From the human T2T-CHM13v2.0 reference genome, Homo sapiens, in NCBI GenBank assembly GCA_009914755.4, contig CP086569.2:9888001-9952000 (forward strand): a DNA stretch of 64,000 nt, given 5' to 3'. Positions 1-19,035 of the stretch are shown here, piece by piece. How positions within the stretch are numbered: the first letter of the stretch is position 1; every line of letters starts with the position of its first letter. Made by a program: the position numbers and the translations under genes. Under the pieces are notes generated by a model, which did not search any database, was not told where the DNA came from, and saw only the letters and a list, made by a program, of their open reading frames with translations.

Positions 1-95
1 ATGTTGGCCAGGATGGTCTTGATCTCCCGGTCACCCACATTGGCCTCCCAGAGCTCTGGGATTGCAAGTGTGAGCCACTGCCACTGGTCAACAAC
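1..95 (-). mobile_element. Alu fragment (antisense, truncated by window edge)
   Basis: Sequence atgttggccaggatggtcttgatctcc...gggattgcaagtgtgagccactg is the reverse complement of an Alu right arm. Confidence 0.6.
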
Positions 96-1324
96 TCTTA
101 TAAGAGGTTTTGCAGTGAGGAGAGCAGATAAATTAGACTGCAGATGGAGATTTAGGGTGAGTAAGTATTTTCTTAAATTATTTTGAAGATGGTATTATTT
201 TAACATATTTGAGTGTTAACAGACATGATCCAATACAGGAGAAACTGATGTTGCAAGAGAAAGGTGGTACAACTGAAAGAGCAAAATCCTTGGGAGGTGA
301 AGGAGAATGGGACCCAGTGCAATTGTGGAGGGACTGCCCCATCATAGGAATGGGGACACTTTTTTGGTTTGAAGTAAAGAAAATGGATATATTAACATGA
401 AGCTTGGAGATGTCACAGTCAAAGATCGAGCAGGTTTCTTTTCATAGCTTCCTCCCATTTTCTCAGTGAGGTGTACAGCTGGAAATAAGGAGAGTGAGAC
501 AGGTGGGTATATAAAGTTTAAGGAAAGGGAAGATATGAAAATGAGTTACAGATATTGAAAAAGTGAACTTGCATAGAAAAACAGTGGAAACTCCAGAAAG
601 TATTGGCACCTAATTTGAGTTTTGAGAGCATTAAAATTAAACTAGGGGGGCTGATGATTTGATTTTCTCCAGCTATGAAGAAAGGATAACTAATGTGCAG
701 GGGAAAAATGGGACTCAACTTCATGATTTCTGACTCTAAGACCAATATTTTTTGTACTATACTATATTAACACTATTTTCTTTTAAATTCACTAGAAAAG
801 TCATATCTCAGGTTATAATTGAGTAAAATATTTTCTTCAAATTAAAAAATATATATCCAAATGCAGGATGAGCAACAATACCTATGCAAATAAATTGAAG
901 AAGCTTGCAACATGAAGCCATTTGTAGATTGTATGCTAATCAGCATACATTTCCCCCTGTAAATATCGCAAAATGTCCATATGCTCATGTTGCAAAAGCC
1001 CTCTTGGAGCCTTGTAAACAGGCCAGGGGACCATATTGTTAGGCAAGATCTAAACTCTTTCATTCTTGGCCACAAAGAAAGGGCAGCAGGCTGATAGCGC
1101 TAGAGGTAATTAGCACACCATTCATCTTGCCTTATGCTTAGAATGCCTAGAGGAAGCTTCCTATTATTGGCTGATGATAAAACAGAATCAGTCTCTTTTG
1201 CTCTCTGATTTAGTCATTTATCAATCAGCATTCTGCAGACCCATTGAGAAGCAAAGAATGTATACACATATACATGCTTATGTTTAAAATGTTTTATAGG
1301 GGGGAATACATGTTTTTTAGCAGT

Positions 1325-1326
<2 letters not shown>

Positions 1327-1362
<36 letters not shown>
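1327..1362. repeat. (GT)n microsatellite, ~18 units
   Basis: Uninterrupted tgtgtg... run. Confidence 0.9.
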
Positions 1363-1364
<2 letters not shown>

Positions 1365-1928
1365 TGGCAACAGAATATAATGAAAAGAAAAGTGGGAGGG
1401 GTTGAGGGAAGTGAAGTCTGGATACTGAGTACAGCTATTCCTGGGGAGACAGAATGGTGTAAAATTAAAAGGATGGGCTCTGGAGTCAAACTTCTTGTCC
1501 TGAATCCTGGTTCTGACACTTTTTAGCCACATTGCCCTGGCCAAGTTACATACCTTTTCTGGACCTCAGTCACCTTATTTGTAACATATAAATAATAGTC
1601 ATACTTAAAATAAAAAGTTGTTGAAAGAATTAAATGAGTTGATGTTTGAAACGCCAATATTTACCAGCTGGTGATCCTGGCAACATCATTTAAATTCTTA
1701 AGGTTCAATTTCCTTATCAGTAAAACCTCCAAAGCCTCCTCTGCTTTTGCAATTTGTTTTCTTTTCACAAGATTTTACATTTTCCGGTTTTTTGGCAACA
1801 GATTCAGGTTAAATAATATTGTATTAGTTACAAAATTTCCTCACAATTCTGTTACCTATACCAAAGTCCTCATCAGTGGCCAGATAAATTTATGACCATT
1901 AATATTTGATTCAGGAATGTCATATGTT

Positions 1929-2249
<321 letters not shown>

Positions 2250-2895
2250 TTAACCTGAAAAGCCGATGAGTCTTCCTAAGAATATATCTACATTAATATC
2301 CAATTTGGTTTGCATTCCTTGAGGCTTTATCAATGGAATCCAAGAAGTGTACAACTAATGAAGCTCAGTCTATGTAGTGGACTGCATGGAAGATGCCTCA
2401 TCTACAAAGCTCAGAGGAATGATAGAATTGTCACTATCAACACACAGCAATTTGTCTACCTGTCATGTGTTTCCCTATACTTGCTTCATAATAGGGGTAG
2501 TCCTATGTCTTGTTCACTCTGCATTCTCTTGCCCAGAGCAGAGTCTGTGACACTAAATAGGTCTAAAAATTGTGTGAAAAGTGAATGAGGAAATGAATGG
2601 AGAAAAGTCTCACGTGACCATTTGTCTCGTCTTTCATTTACCTTGCAGCCAATTCTCATTATCCAAAACCTTTTAAGTAATGCTATAATAAACATTTATT
2701 CTGATAAGATAGAAGAAGAGTAATGCATACGTTTGAGTAATCAATTCCTGAGCAATATTCAGAAGGCTCACAAAAATATCTGATTATTTACAACACCTAA
2801 AGTACTGTCTTTGCCTATAGCATAAAATGTTGCTTCTTATAACAGTTTTGGTGCCCCCCCATCACTCACTTCATACACAATACATGGGGGCATGT

Positions 2896-2928
2896 GCACA
2901 AAGACACACACACACACATACACACAAT
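2896..2928. repeat. imperfect (CA)n
   Basis: aagacacacacacacacatacacaca. Confidence 0.7.
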
Positions 2929-3223
2929 TTCTTCAATAAAGACTCACTTCAGAAGTGATGAAAGACACATTGTTAAAATGGTAAGGAAGAAAGAAAAACA
3001 AAAAAATTCTGTTTGAGACTTAAGGCTCTGGGCTTCTGTGTGCCATATGGTAACTGAGCTTGGAACATAGCAAATACAGATTCCAAAAGATCACTTTATC
3101 CCTCTATTCTGTGATTTGTGCAGTCAAGCATGTTAGAAAGAATAAGTAACCAGAACAAGGAGCTGAGAGGCAAACAGATAGCAATTTACAATCAGTGAAG
3201 AGAATACTTTTCTCAGGCTCCAA

Positions 3224-3262
<39 letters not shown>

Positions 3263-3276
3263 CATTATTATTATTT
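3224..3276. repeat. (ATT)n microsatellite, ~17 units with one interruption
   Basis: attattatt... run with a single atc interruption. Confidence 0.9.
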
Positions 3277-4149
3277 TAAACATATACTGCTGGGCAGAAC
3301 AAACAAAATGCACAGATCCCAATCACAACAGGTGAAATCATGATGAAATAAGACCTTGAATCTTGGATAGAAAGAAGGTGGTCAACATACTATAAACAAG
3401 GGTGGGAGGTAACTCTTCAAGAATCATTTGGATATGGAAAGTCTGGAAATTATTTTTTATATACTTTTGTGGCTTCACTTGGCTTAACCATAAGCTTACA
3501 AATACTCAGGAGTCATTAACTTTGCAAATTGTTTGGAGGATTCTGAGGAGTTAATCCCGGAAGATAGTATAGTGTATCAAAAATCATTTACTAGATTTTT
3601 TTATTACATAGAAGCAAAAATAAATAAAATAGAAAAGAGGTTCCATGCAGTATAGAGGGTGCTAGACTAGGAGTCAAAAAAACTGGAGTCCAATCTTGGT
3701 CTAAAGTAAACTAATTGTCCTTCTCTTTTCTTTCTGTTTCTCATGAATTAAAAAAAAGGGGCGACAAAAGGATATGTGCATTCAATCAATTCCCTCCAAC
3801 CTCTACCATCACTATTTTGAAAGTCTTTCCTATTTACAGGACATGTCTTAGTTTATAAAAAGCTCCATTATTGAATCCTTAAAACAGTACTGTTAAGAGT
3901 TATTATCCTCATTTACAAATAAGGAAGGAAAATCTCGGAGTGATTAACACATTTCCCCAAAATCCTCCTTCTAGAATGTTGTAAATCCAGTTCTCATATC
4001 AAATTCAATGCCCTTACAAGGATCCTATACTGACTCCTTAATACGATTTAGCCTAATATACATAGTATCTCTCAAAATTTAAACTATTATGTGACCCACA
4101 GAGAACAGGGCTTTAAAACAGTAATGGATTTCATCAAACTGGAAATAAC

Positions 4150-4455
4150 TAATTTTAATAAAATATAAGGGTGAGGAAGATATTGGTCAAAGGATACAAA
4201 ATTTCAGTTAGATAGGAAGGATAAGTTTAAGAGATCTATTTTACAGATAGCATGTTGACTGTGGTTAATAAAAACATTATATTCTTGTACATTGCTAATA
4301 AAATAGATTTTAAATATTCTTACCACAAAAAAGATAAATATGTGAGGTAATGTATATGTCAATTAGCTAGATTTAGCCATCCTACAATATGTGTGTGTTT
4401 CAGAACAATACGATGTACAAAATGAATATATATAATTTTACTCATCAATTAAAAT
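4150..4455 (+). mobile_element. ancient L1 (L1M-type) 3' end fragment
   Basis: Motifs typical of old L1 3' ends (ggatacaaaatttcagttagataggaag..., gtgaggtaatgtatatgtcaattagct..). Assigned from memory of the consensus. Confidence 0.45.
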
Positions 4456-5229
4456 AAATAAATGTTGAAAAATGAAATAAAAATAAAAAGCAGTTGGACT
4501 TTATATCACAATGTTTTTATATGATTATTTGAAAGCTCTGTAGCTAAAGCCTATCAGGAACACACTACAGTTGAACAAATTCTGTTTATTACTCATTACA
4601 GTAAGAGAGAATGTACACCATAGGGAACTGTTTTGTAAATTATGGGGGCATCTCTGTAGGAAGATAATAAAAGGACTTGTTATAGTGTTTGGATTTGTAT
4701 TAGGTGATTTGGGAGAAATATTGAGGGATCAGAATTTTTCTCTGGATTGAATACTCTCAGGAAGTAAGGGTAATGTGATGATTAAGTATCTTAATACATC
4801 TTATCTATTGTGAGGGCAGTCTAAAGCAAGGGTAAAGTTGTAATTGGTAAAAGAAAAAAAGCAGTAACTTATATTAGTCAGAATAGTGAGACAACTGGTG
4901 AGTTTTCTGACTTGCACAATGTTCCTGTTCTGTCTGTGTTCAGACATGACTGCAGAGTGGTCTTTTTTTCGCCTTCATCTATCATGGTCACAGAGTAGCC
5001 TCATTTAATGCTGGTGTTCCTGAAATAGTAATACCAAGGCCTAGCTGTGAGTGCCAAGCCAGCTGTTAGCAACTGGGCATATCTTGTGAATGTCAGAAGC
5101 TGTTTTTCTCTTTCTCAAAACCAGTTAAACATTTTAGTTGAGTGATTTGCCCTGCAGCTGGTGGATGAGAAGGAGTTTTCCAAAAATGGGAAAAAACAGA
5201 ACAAGATATGCCCTTTCTCAAAAGGCATG

Positions 5230-5905
5230 TTTTCAAACACTACTTCTATATGGCAAATTATTTCTTATACAAATGTAAAATATAAAGAAGAGACTATGAG
5301 AAAATACTTGCAATATGTATAACAAACAAATGACTATACAATTCTTTCTATAAATAAAACATCAAACAACCCAATAGAAAAATACAGCAACAATTCACAG
5401 ATTAATAACTATAAATAGATAAGTAAAGATATTCAACTTTACTATTCATGAAGTAAATATAAATTAAAACAAAGAAGCAATTTTCTTCCATTTAATTGAC
5501 GCAAAAAATGATGAGGGAATAGGAAATCCTAACATTGTTAAATGTGAACAAAGTACAAGTACTCTACAGGATATTTTGGCAATCTCTAGCAAACTTTAAA
5601 ATGCGCATTAAATTTTTAAGAATTTTTCTTTTAGAAATCCTACATGTGCACAAAAACATGATTCAAAAATGTTCATTGTAGCATTTGTTAAACAGAAAAA
5701 ATCGGCGAATAACATTGAACATCAAACAGAGAAGTACCTAAATTTAAAAATGATGTATCCATACTATGAAGTTATATGCCAGCAATTAAAATATTTATAT
5801 AGATACGTATGGCAAATATAGAAGAAAAACAAAGATACAGATTTAGACAAGAAAATTAATCTACAGAAAGTGCTTTATATGTCATTTATATCAAAATATT
5901 TACAT
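5230..5905 (+). mobile_element. ancient L1M 3' portion (ORF2 end / 3'UTR)
   Basis: catgtgcacaaaaacatgattcaaaaatgttcattgtagcatttgttaaacag...gatgtatccatactatgaagttatatgccagcaattaaaa resembles the old L1 3' region. It is interrupted by the Alu at 5907. Confidence 0.45.
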
Positions 5906-5906
5906 A

Positions 5907-6192
5907 GGCCAATTGCAGCAGCTTATGCCTATAATCCCAACACTTTGGGTGGCTGAGCCAGAAGGATTGCCTGAGTCCAGGAATTTGAGACCAGCCTAGG
6001 CAACATAGTGAGACCTCTTTTCTACAAAAACAAAAACAAAAAAGAGCCAGGTATGGTGACATATGCCTGTAGTCCCAACTACTCAGGAGGCTGAGGTGGG
6101 AGAATTGCTTGAGCCTGCGAGGTTGAGGCGCAGTAAGCTGAGAGCGTGCCAATGTACTCCAGCCTGGGCAACAGAGCAAGACCCTGTCTAAA
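5907..6192 (+). mobile_element. Alu (sense)
   Basis: ggccaattgcagcagcttatgcctataatcccaacactttggg...gcctgggcaacagagcaagaccctgtctaaaaa. Confidence 0.85.
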
Positions 6193-6262
6193 AATATATA
6201 TTTATATATTTGTAATATTTGCATATATGTGTATGAATATATATATATAAAGTATGTGTGTA
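6190..6262. repeat. AT-rich (TA)n-like low-complexity tract
   Basis: atatatatttatatatttgtaatatttgcatatatgtgtatgaatatatatatataaagtatgtgtgtatatatat. Confidence 0.6.
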
Positions 6263-7414
6263 TATATATTTAAATGAATATAAAATTATCTGTAAGTGAG
6301 CATACCAATTGTGAGCTGATCTGTTTCCTTTGAAGACCAGGAATTCAGTTGAATTTTGCGAGAAAGAGGGTGGGGAGAATGGTAGAAATGTAAGTTTTTC
6401 TGTATATACATCTGTACTGCTTGAAATTTTTATAGGAATGTATTATTTTCATTACAAATAGTTAAATAATAGTATATTCTCTTAGGAAACATCTAGCTGA
6501 GATGGGATAACTTGTAATGCAGTTATCTTCCTGGTAGAAACAACTGAAAACACTGGACTGTATACATACATATATCAATGTTTTTAAGTGTTAGAAATTA
6601 GGTAGTGAAAGAGAATAATTCCTTAGAGGGTGAAAGCAAAATAAAGCCTTATGATTGTCCGGGCTTACTGCCTGAAAGGAGATTTTGGGCTGTATCATAC
6701 AAAGGGAGAACCCAAATGGAATCCAGTAGCCTCCCTAAGTTGAGATGACAGAGCTAGGAGTCCAGAAAGGGAAATACAGCTAGAATTTTCAGGGAAGAAT
6801 ACAAGAGAAAAAAGACATGCACAAAAAATATGACAACTGCAGAGATTTGTTGAAGGTCCTCCTCAGCTCTAGTTGAGCACGAATCAGTGCATGAATGTGA
6901 GGAAACTAACCGAGGCTGGAGAAATAACTATCTAAAAACAGTAGAGAAAAAAATTCTTAGTGCTCAAACAGTTCATGTTCCCATAATTCAGAGTGAAAAA
7001 CCTTGTACTTCACATGACATTAGGTAGGTTCCTCAGAGGGTATCGCCACAGTAGTGGAAAAAAAAAAAGCCCGAGATTAATACCTAGTCTGGTTCCAACA
7101 AAGTTCAAAAACAAGCCTTGAAAGAATCAATGTTTTGTTTTGTTTTTTTGTTCCAAGTAAACTTAAAGCATCTCAGATTTAAGTGTGAAAATAATATTAG
7201 AAGAAGAAAAACACCATCAAAAAAGTAAAATCCACATTTTCTGACATCAAATAAAAAATTACTAAGCATGCATGAAGCCAGGAAAATAAGAGAAAAGCCA
7301 TTCAACAGGAAGAGGCCAGAAAATGGCACGTATAGAATAAGTAGACAATAATATTAAAATAGCTACAAATATTCTAACTCTATTATATATGTTCAATACA
7401 TAAGAGGAAAGGTG

Positions 7415-7718
<304 letters not shown>

Positions 7719-7739
7719 TTAAGTAAACATATGAAAGAC

Positions 7740-9044
7740 ATACCAAAATCAAACTTCCGTGGATGTGAATTACACGTCTGAAATCAAAAATAAAATGGGT
7801 GGATATATAGCAGATTCAGCACTGCAGAAGAAAAGACCAACACTACAATTGAATTTTGTTCCCCCATATTAGTATGTTGAAGTTTCAAACCGCAGTGCCA
7901 CAGAATGTGATATTATTTTAATATGAGATTCTTGCAGATGTGAGCTAAGATGAAGTAATTAGGAAAAGACTTAATCCAACACTACAATACTACTGGCATT
8001 TTAATAACCGGGAAATCTGGAGGTAGAGGCACATACCCAGGTAGAATGTCACATGAAAACAAAGGCAGAAAAGTCACTGAATCTAGCTAGGCAAGAGAGG
8101 TTGTAGATTCTGAGAGCCCTCAGAAGAAACCAACCTTGTCAACACCTTGATATTAAACTTCCAGTCCCCAGAACTGTGAGAAAATATATGATGTATAAGC
8201 CCCCTAGTTTGTGGTGTTTTACTATGGCCACTTTAGCAAACTAAAGCTACCATTAACATTGAAAACATTAGGAGAGTAATTTCCACATTAAATGCAAAGA
8301 GGAAACATTGTTTGAAAACAAAGCTAGAATACCTATATAATATGATAGGGTAGATGTCAGAGGCAAGAATATCACATGCAAAATGAGGGACATTGTAAAC
8401 TGATAAAGGGAGAATTTACCAAGGAAATGTAAGAATTTAAAAATTTGATATTTAGGCATCCAAAATAACTGTGCTTCAAAATCAACATTGCAAAAATTAA
8501 TAAAACTTAAAGGAGAAATAGGTAAATTCACAATTATAGTCAAATATGTCAATATTCCTCTTTTAATAAATGATAAAAGATTTGGAAAAAATCAGTAAAA
8601 TATACAGACTTGAAAAACAATATCAAATAACTTGACTTAACTGACTTTGGTAGAACACGTGACACAACAACAGTAGAATATGCAGTCTTTTCGAGTGCAC
8701 ACAGAACATATACCAAGATAAGCCAGATGCAGGATCATTAAACAAGTCTGAATAAATGTAAAATGATTGAAGCCATACAAAGTACATTCGCTGACCACAA
8801 TGGACTTAAACTAGGAATTAATATCAGAAAAAAAATGTCTAGGAAATTCCCAAGTATTTTAACACTAAATAGCATAGTTCCGGAGAGGAGATGGATCAAG
8901 GAAAGAATAAGATACAATTAGAAAATAATTTGAATTAAATGAGAGTGAAAAGACAACCTACCAAAATTTGTGGGACTCAGATTTAAAAATATTGGAAGGT
9001 AAATTTATAGCACTAAAATTTCTACGTCATACAAGATTGGTCTC
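7740..9044 (+). mobile_element. ancient L1 (L1M-type) internal fragment (ORF1/ORF2-5' region), very diverged
   Basis: Diverged but recognisable L1 internal sequence. It continues on the other side of the Alu at 9045-9324. Confidence 0.4.
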
Positions 9045-9324
9045 AGCTGGGCGTGGTGGCTCATGCCTATAATCCTATCACTTTGGGAGGGCCAGGCAGG
9101 TGAATCACCTGAGGTCAGCAGTTCAAGACGGGTCTGGCCAACATGGAAAACCTGTCTCTACCAAAAATACAAAAATTAGCAGGGCATAATTGTGCATGCC
9201 TGTAATCCCAGTTACCTAGGAGGCTGGGACAACAGAATCACTTGAACCTAGGAGGCGGAGGTTGCACTGAGCCAAGGTGGTGCCACTGAACTGCAGCCTG
9301 GACATCAGAGAGAGACAAAAAAAG
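9045..9324 (+). mobile_element. Alu (sense)
   Basis: agctgggcgtggtggctcatgcctataatcc...gcactgagccaaggtggtgccactgaactgcagcctgg...aaaaaaag. Confidence 0.85.
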
Positions 9325-9325
9325 A

Positions 9326-10392
9326 TTGCCCTCATAACAATGAGAGCATCTACATTTCTATATTGAGAAAATAAGACAAAAGAGCAAATGAAACCCAAAA
9401 TAAACAGAATGAAGAAAATAAAATTAAAGTAGAAATGAAACAGAAAACAAAAATATACTAAGGAAAATCAATGTAATGAAAAGGTAGTTCATTGAAATGA
9501 TTAATATAACTGATAAACCTATAGCCATATCAATGTGGAAAAAATATACACATTAGGAATGATAGAGGTGCCATCACTAAAGTTCTACATCTATTAAGTG
9601 GATAATAATTAAATGTCAAAAACAACTTTATGCAAATAAAAGCAACAACTGAATGACAAATACCTTGAAAAGACAAGCTACCAATGCTAACACAAAAATA
9701 AATAGATAAACCCAACACTATATCTAAAAACAGAAATGAAATTTTTAAACAAAACTTTCACACAAAGAAAATGTCTGGCCCAGATTACTTTGCATAAGAA
9801 TTCTAACGAACATCAAAAGAAGAAATAATACCAACTCTACACAAAATCTTCTAGAAAATTAAAAGGAGAGAATGCTATCTATCTCACTATACAAGCCCAA
9901 CATTACCTTGATGCCAAAGCTAGACAAACAAATTACAAGAAAATCACAAACTAATGTCCCCCATGAACAAATTCAAAATTTTCTAACTATTTTTTTACTA
10001 AAACAGTATGCAGAATGGATAAAATATCCATAATCAAGTGAGTTTTATGTAATGTTGAATTATCGTTAGAAAAATAATCAGTATCACTCAGCATCATTAA
10101 AAATTAACAGCCTATAAAAGAAAGCAAGACAATAGACACAGAAAAAGCACTTGACAAAATCCAACATCCATTCTTGATAAAATTAAACTTTCAGCAAATT
10201 AGCAATAAAAAGGTAATACTCCTATCTGATAAAAGGCATCTGTAATAAACCTACAGCACCATACTTAATGATAAAACGTTGAATGGTTTTCCCTCGAAGA
10301 TAGAGAAAAAAATGAAGATATTAGTGCTGACTACTTCTCTTCAATGTTGTATTAGTGTTTCTAGACAATGTAATAATTGAAGAAAAAGATGT
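9326..10392 (+). mobile_element. ancient L1M ORF2 5' region
   Basis: aaagcacttgacaaaatccaacatccattcttgataaaa..agcaataaaaaggtaatactcctatctgataaaaggcatctgtaataaacctacagc matches the reverse-transcriptase N-terminal region of old L1. It is cut at 10393 by the L1PA insertion. Confidence 0.5.
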
Positions 10393-11133
10393 AAAATCTT
10401 TCTGGGGGGGAGGAGCCAAGATGGCCAAATAGGAACAGCTCCAGTCTACAGCTCCCAGCATGAGCGACGCAGAAGACGGGTGATTTCTGCATTTCCATCT
10501 GAGGTACCAGGTTCATCTCACAAGGGAGTGCCAGACAGTGGGCACAGGCCAGTGGGTGCATGCACTGTCCGCGAGCCGAAGCAGGGTGAGGCACAGCCTC
10601 ACTCGGGAAGCGCAAGGGGTCAGGGAGTTCCCTCTTTCCTAGTCAAAGAAAGTGGTGACAGATGGCACCTGGAAAATCGGGTCACTCCCACCCAAATACT
10701 GTGCTTTTCCGATGGGCTTAAAAAACGGTGCATGAGGAGATTATATCCCCCACCTGGCTTGGAGGGTCTTATGCCCACGGAGTCTCGCTGATTGCTAGCA
10801 CAGCAGTCTGAGATCAAACTGCAAGGCGGCAGCTAGGCTGGGGGAGGGGCGCCCTACACTGCCCAGGTTTGCTTAGGTAAACAAAGCAGCCAGGAACGTC
10901 CAACAGGGTGGAGCCCACCACAGCTGAAGGAGGTCTGCCTGTCTCTGTAGGCTCCACCTCTGGGGGCAGGGAACAGAAAAACAAAAAGACAGCAGTAACC
11001 TCTGCAGACTTAAATGTCCCTGTCTGACAGCTTTGAAGAGAGCAGTGGTTCTCCCAGCATGCAGCTGGAGATCTGAGAACTGGCAGACTGCCTTCTCAAG
11101 TGGGTCCCTGACTCCTGACCCCTGAGCAGGCTA

Positions 11134-11781
<648 letters not shown>

Positions 11782-12580
11782 TTATGCAGCCAAAAAACAC
11801 ATGAAGAAATGCTCATCATCACTGGCCATCAGAGAAATGCAAATCAAAACCACTATGAGATATCATCTCACACCAGTTAGAATGGCAATCATTAAAAAGT
11901 CAGGAAACAACAGGTGCTGGAGAGGATGTGGAGAAATAGGAACACTTTGACACTGTTGGTGGGACTGTAAACTAATTCAACCATTGTGGAAGTCAGTGTG
12001 GCGATTCCTCAGGGATCTAGAACTAGAAATACCATTTGACCCAGCCATCCCATTACTGGGTATATATACCCAAAGGACTATAAATCATGCTGCTATAAAG
12101 ACACATGCACACGTATGTTTATTGCAGCACTATTCACAATAGCAAAGACTTGGAACCAACCCAAATGTCCAACAATGATAGACTGGATTAAGAAAATGTG
12201 GCACATATACTCCATGGAATACTATGCAGCCATAAAAAATGATGAGTTCATATCCTTTGTAGGGACATGGATGAAATTGGAAACCATCATTCTCAGTAAA
12301 CTATCGCAAGAACAAAAAACCAAACACCGCATATTCTCACTCATAGGTGGGAATTGAACAATGAGATCACATGGACACAGGAAGGGGAATATCACACTCT
12401 GGGGACTGTGGTGGGGTCGGGGGAGGGGGGAGGGATAGCATTGGGAGATATACCTAATGCTAGATGACACATTAGTGGGTGCAGCGCACCAGCATGGCAC
12501 ATGTATACATATGTAACTAACCTGCACAATGTGCACATGTACCCTAATACTTAGAGTATAATAAAAAAAAAAAAAAAAAA

Positions 12581-12749
12581 GAATTTTAGTGAAATAACAA
12601 TGTAAATGAAAACAATTGGAAATAATTTGTGCGATAGAGAAAATTATGGTCTTAAATTGACTTAGTCTTTTCCTCAGAAAGCATCTTCTCCAACAAAAAT
12701 CCATTAGTGTTGTTAAAATTCCAATTAAAATGTTTCTACTCTTAAATAC
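12581..12749 (+). other. 169-bp non-L1 sequence carried as an L1 3' transduction
   Basis: It lies between the first poly(A) (12563-12580) and the second poly(A) (12750-12776) and is still inside the duplication. It contains ATTAAA at 12724-12729, 21 nt before the second poly(A). Confidence 0.7.
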
Positions 12750-13906
12750 AAAAAAAAAAAAAAAAAAAAAAAAAAAGAAAGGACATCCACAACAAAAACC
12801 CATCTGTACATCACCATCATCAAAGATCAAAAGTAGATAAAACCACAAAATAGGGAAAAAACAGAGCAGAAAAACTGGAAACTCTAAAAAGCAGAGCGCC
12901 CCTCCTCCTCCAAAGGAACGCAGTTCCTCACCAGCAATGGAACAAAGCTGGACGGATAATGACTTTGATGAGCTGAGAGAAGAAGCCTTCAGATGATCAA
13001 ATTACTCCCAGCTACAGGAGGACATTCAAACCAAAGGCAAAGAAGTTGAAAACTTTGAAAAAATTTTAGAAGAATGTATAACTAGAATAACCAATACAGA
13101 GAAGTGCTTAAAGGAGCTGATGGAGCTGAAAACCAAGGCTCGAGAACTACGTGAAGAATGCAGGAGCCAATGCGATCAACTGGAAGAAAGGGTATCAGCG
13201 ATAGAAGATGAAATGAATGAAATGAAGAGAGAAGGGAAGTTTAGAGAAAAAAGAATAAAAAGAAATGAGAAAGGCTCCAAGAAATACAGGACTATGTGAA
13301 AAGACCAAATCTACATCTGATTGGTGTACCTGAAAGTGACGGGGAGAATGGAACCAAGTTGGAAAACACTCTGCAGGATATTATCCAGGAGAACTTCCCC
13401 AATCTAGCAAGGCAGGCCAACATTCAGATTCAGGAAATACAGAGAATGCCACAAAGATACTCCTCGAGAAGAGCAACACCAAGATATAATTGTCAGATTC
13501 ACCAAAGTTGAAATGAAGGAAAAAATGTTAAGTGCAGCCAGAGAGAAAGGTTGGGTTATCCTCAAAGGGAAGCCCATCAGATCTCTTGGCAGAAACTCTA
13601 CAAGCCAGAAGAGAGTGGGGGCCAATATTCAACATTCTTAAAGAAAAGAATTTTCAACCCAGAATTTCATGTCCAGCCAAACTAAGCTTCCTAAGTGAAG
13701 GAGAAATAAAACACTTTACAGACAAGCAAAAGCTGAGAGATTTTGTCATCACCAGGCCTGCCCTAAAAGAGCTCCTGAAGGAAGTGCTAAACATGGAAAG
13801 GAAAAACCGGTACCAGCCGCTGCAAAATCATGCCAAAATGTAAAGACCATTGAAACTAGGAAGAAACTGCATCAAGTAACGAGCAAAATAACCAGCTGAC
13901 ATCATA

Positions 13907-17428
<3,522 letters not shown>

Positions 17429-17654
17429 ACAATGAGAACACATGGACACAGGAAGGGGAACATCACACTCTGGGGACTGTTGTGGGGTGGGGGGAGGGGG
17501 GAGGGATAGCATTGGGAGATATAACTAATGCTAGATGACGAGTTAGTGGGTGCAGCACACCAGCATGGCCCATGTATACATACATAACTAACCTGCACAT
17601 TGTGCACATGTACCCTAAAACTTAAAGTATAATTAAAAAAAATCTTTCCAGAAT

Positions 17655-18690
17655 GAAATAAATAACACCGCTTATTAATAGACAATATCATCTAAATTTA
17701 AAAAAATGTTACAATCTACAAAAATCATCTAGAACTAATAAGTGGATTTTTCAAGGTTGTGGAATCTAAGGTCAGTATAAAATGATAAATCTATAAACTA
17801 CACTAAAAATTAGAAATTAAAATTTTAAAACAATGCCACTAACAAACAAAAATATAAAATACATAATAATAAATTTGACAAAATCTATGCAAGAACTATA
17901 TAGCAGAAACAACACAGTATTGTAAAGACAAATTAAAGAAAACCTAAATACAGTGAAGCATATTATTATGCATAATTGATAGGAGAAATATCATATATTG
18001 ATATAGCATATGAATAATGGAAGGGGATAATAGGCCCCTTTTGGGTTCAGTAGGGGCTTATTGAGGGTTTGATGGCTGAATATTGTTATAATTTCAAATC
18101 TTCCACTATGTTATTAATAGAATCAATGTAATCTCAATCAGAAACCTAGCAGGCTTAAGAAAAAAGAGAAGCCAATTATAAAATGTATGTGGAAATACAA
18201 AGGAACTGGAATATCCATTAAAACTTTAAAAGTAAAAACACCACTGAAATACTAACATCAGATGATTTGTAGACTTGATTTTACAAATGGTTATCAAGAC
18301 AGACACATATATCAATGAAATTGAATACTGAGTCCAGAAATTGACCCAGACCAAAATGGTCTGTTGATTTTTGACAAAGATCTACATAAAATTTGGTGGA
18401 AAAGGATAGTCATTTTTACAAATTGTGTTAGAAAAATTAGATATCCATATGTAAATAACAATTATAATTAACTTCAATCCACACCTTACACCATATATTA
18501 AAATTTAGTCAAGATGGAATTTAGATTTAGATATAACATCTAAAACTATAAAATTTCAAGAAGATAATGTGGAACAACATATTTATGAATCTGGATTTGG
18601 CATAGATTTTTTAAAATACAACAGAAAAAGTACAAAATATAAAAGAAAAAAGTCAATAACTTATATTAGTCTATTTGTGATGCTATACAA
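17655..18690 (+). mobile_element. ancient L1M ORF2 continuation (resumes after the L1PA insertion)
   Basis: Very diverged L1 ORF2 mid-region motifs (gaccaaaatggtctgttgatttttgacaaag..aaatggt..). Confidence 0.4.
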
Positions 18691-18692
18691 AA

Positions 18693-19035
18693 TAACTTAG
18701 ACTGGGTAGTTTATAAAGAAAGCAAATTAACCTTTTATAACTCCAGAGGCCAGGAAGTCCAAGATCAAGATACCAGAAAGTTTGATGTCTAGTGAGGGTT
18801 ACACACTTTGTCTAAGCTATTACCTTGTTGCTGCATCTCCAAATGGGAGAAATGCTGTATTCTCATGTGGAAGAAAAGCCCAAAGGGCTTAAGTTAGTTC
18901 CTTCCTTCCCTTTTATAATGATCTGTCCCTCATGACTTAATCACTTCCCAAAAGGCCTCACCTTTTAATATCATCACCATGGGGGTGAATTTCAACATGT
19001 GAATTTTGGAAGGGACACATTCAAACCATAGCACT
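18693..19035 (-). mobile_element. MaLR LTR (THE1/MST/MLT-type), antisense
   Basis: The reverse complement carries the MaLR LTR 3' motif (..ggaagggacacattcaaaccatagca) and the gtttataaagaaag..ccagaggccaggaagtccaag core. Confidence 0.5.

Noticed and set aside
12222-12848. 208-aa minus-strand ORF
   Set aside because: It runs through L1 3'UTR, poly(A)/poly(T) tracts and the transduced segment ([10 protein letters not shown]..). It is a low-complexity artefact.
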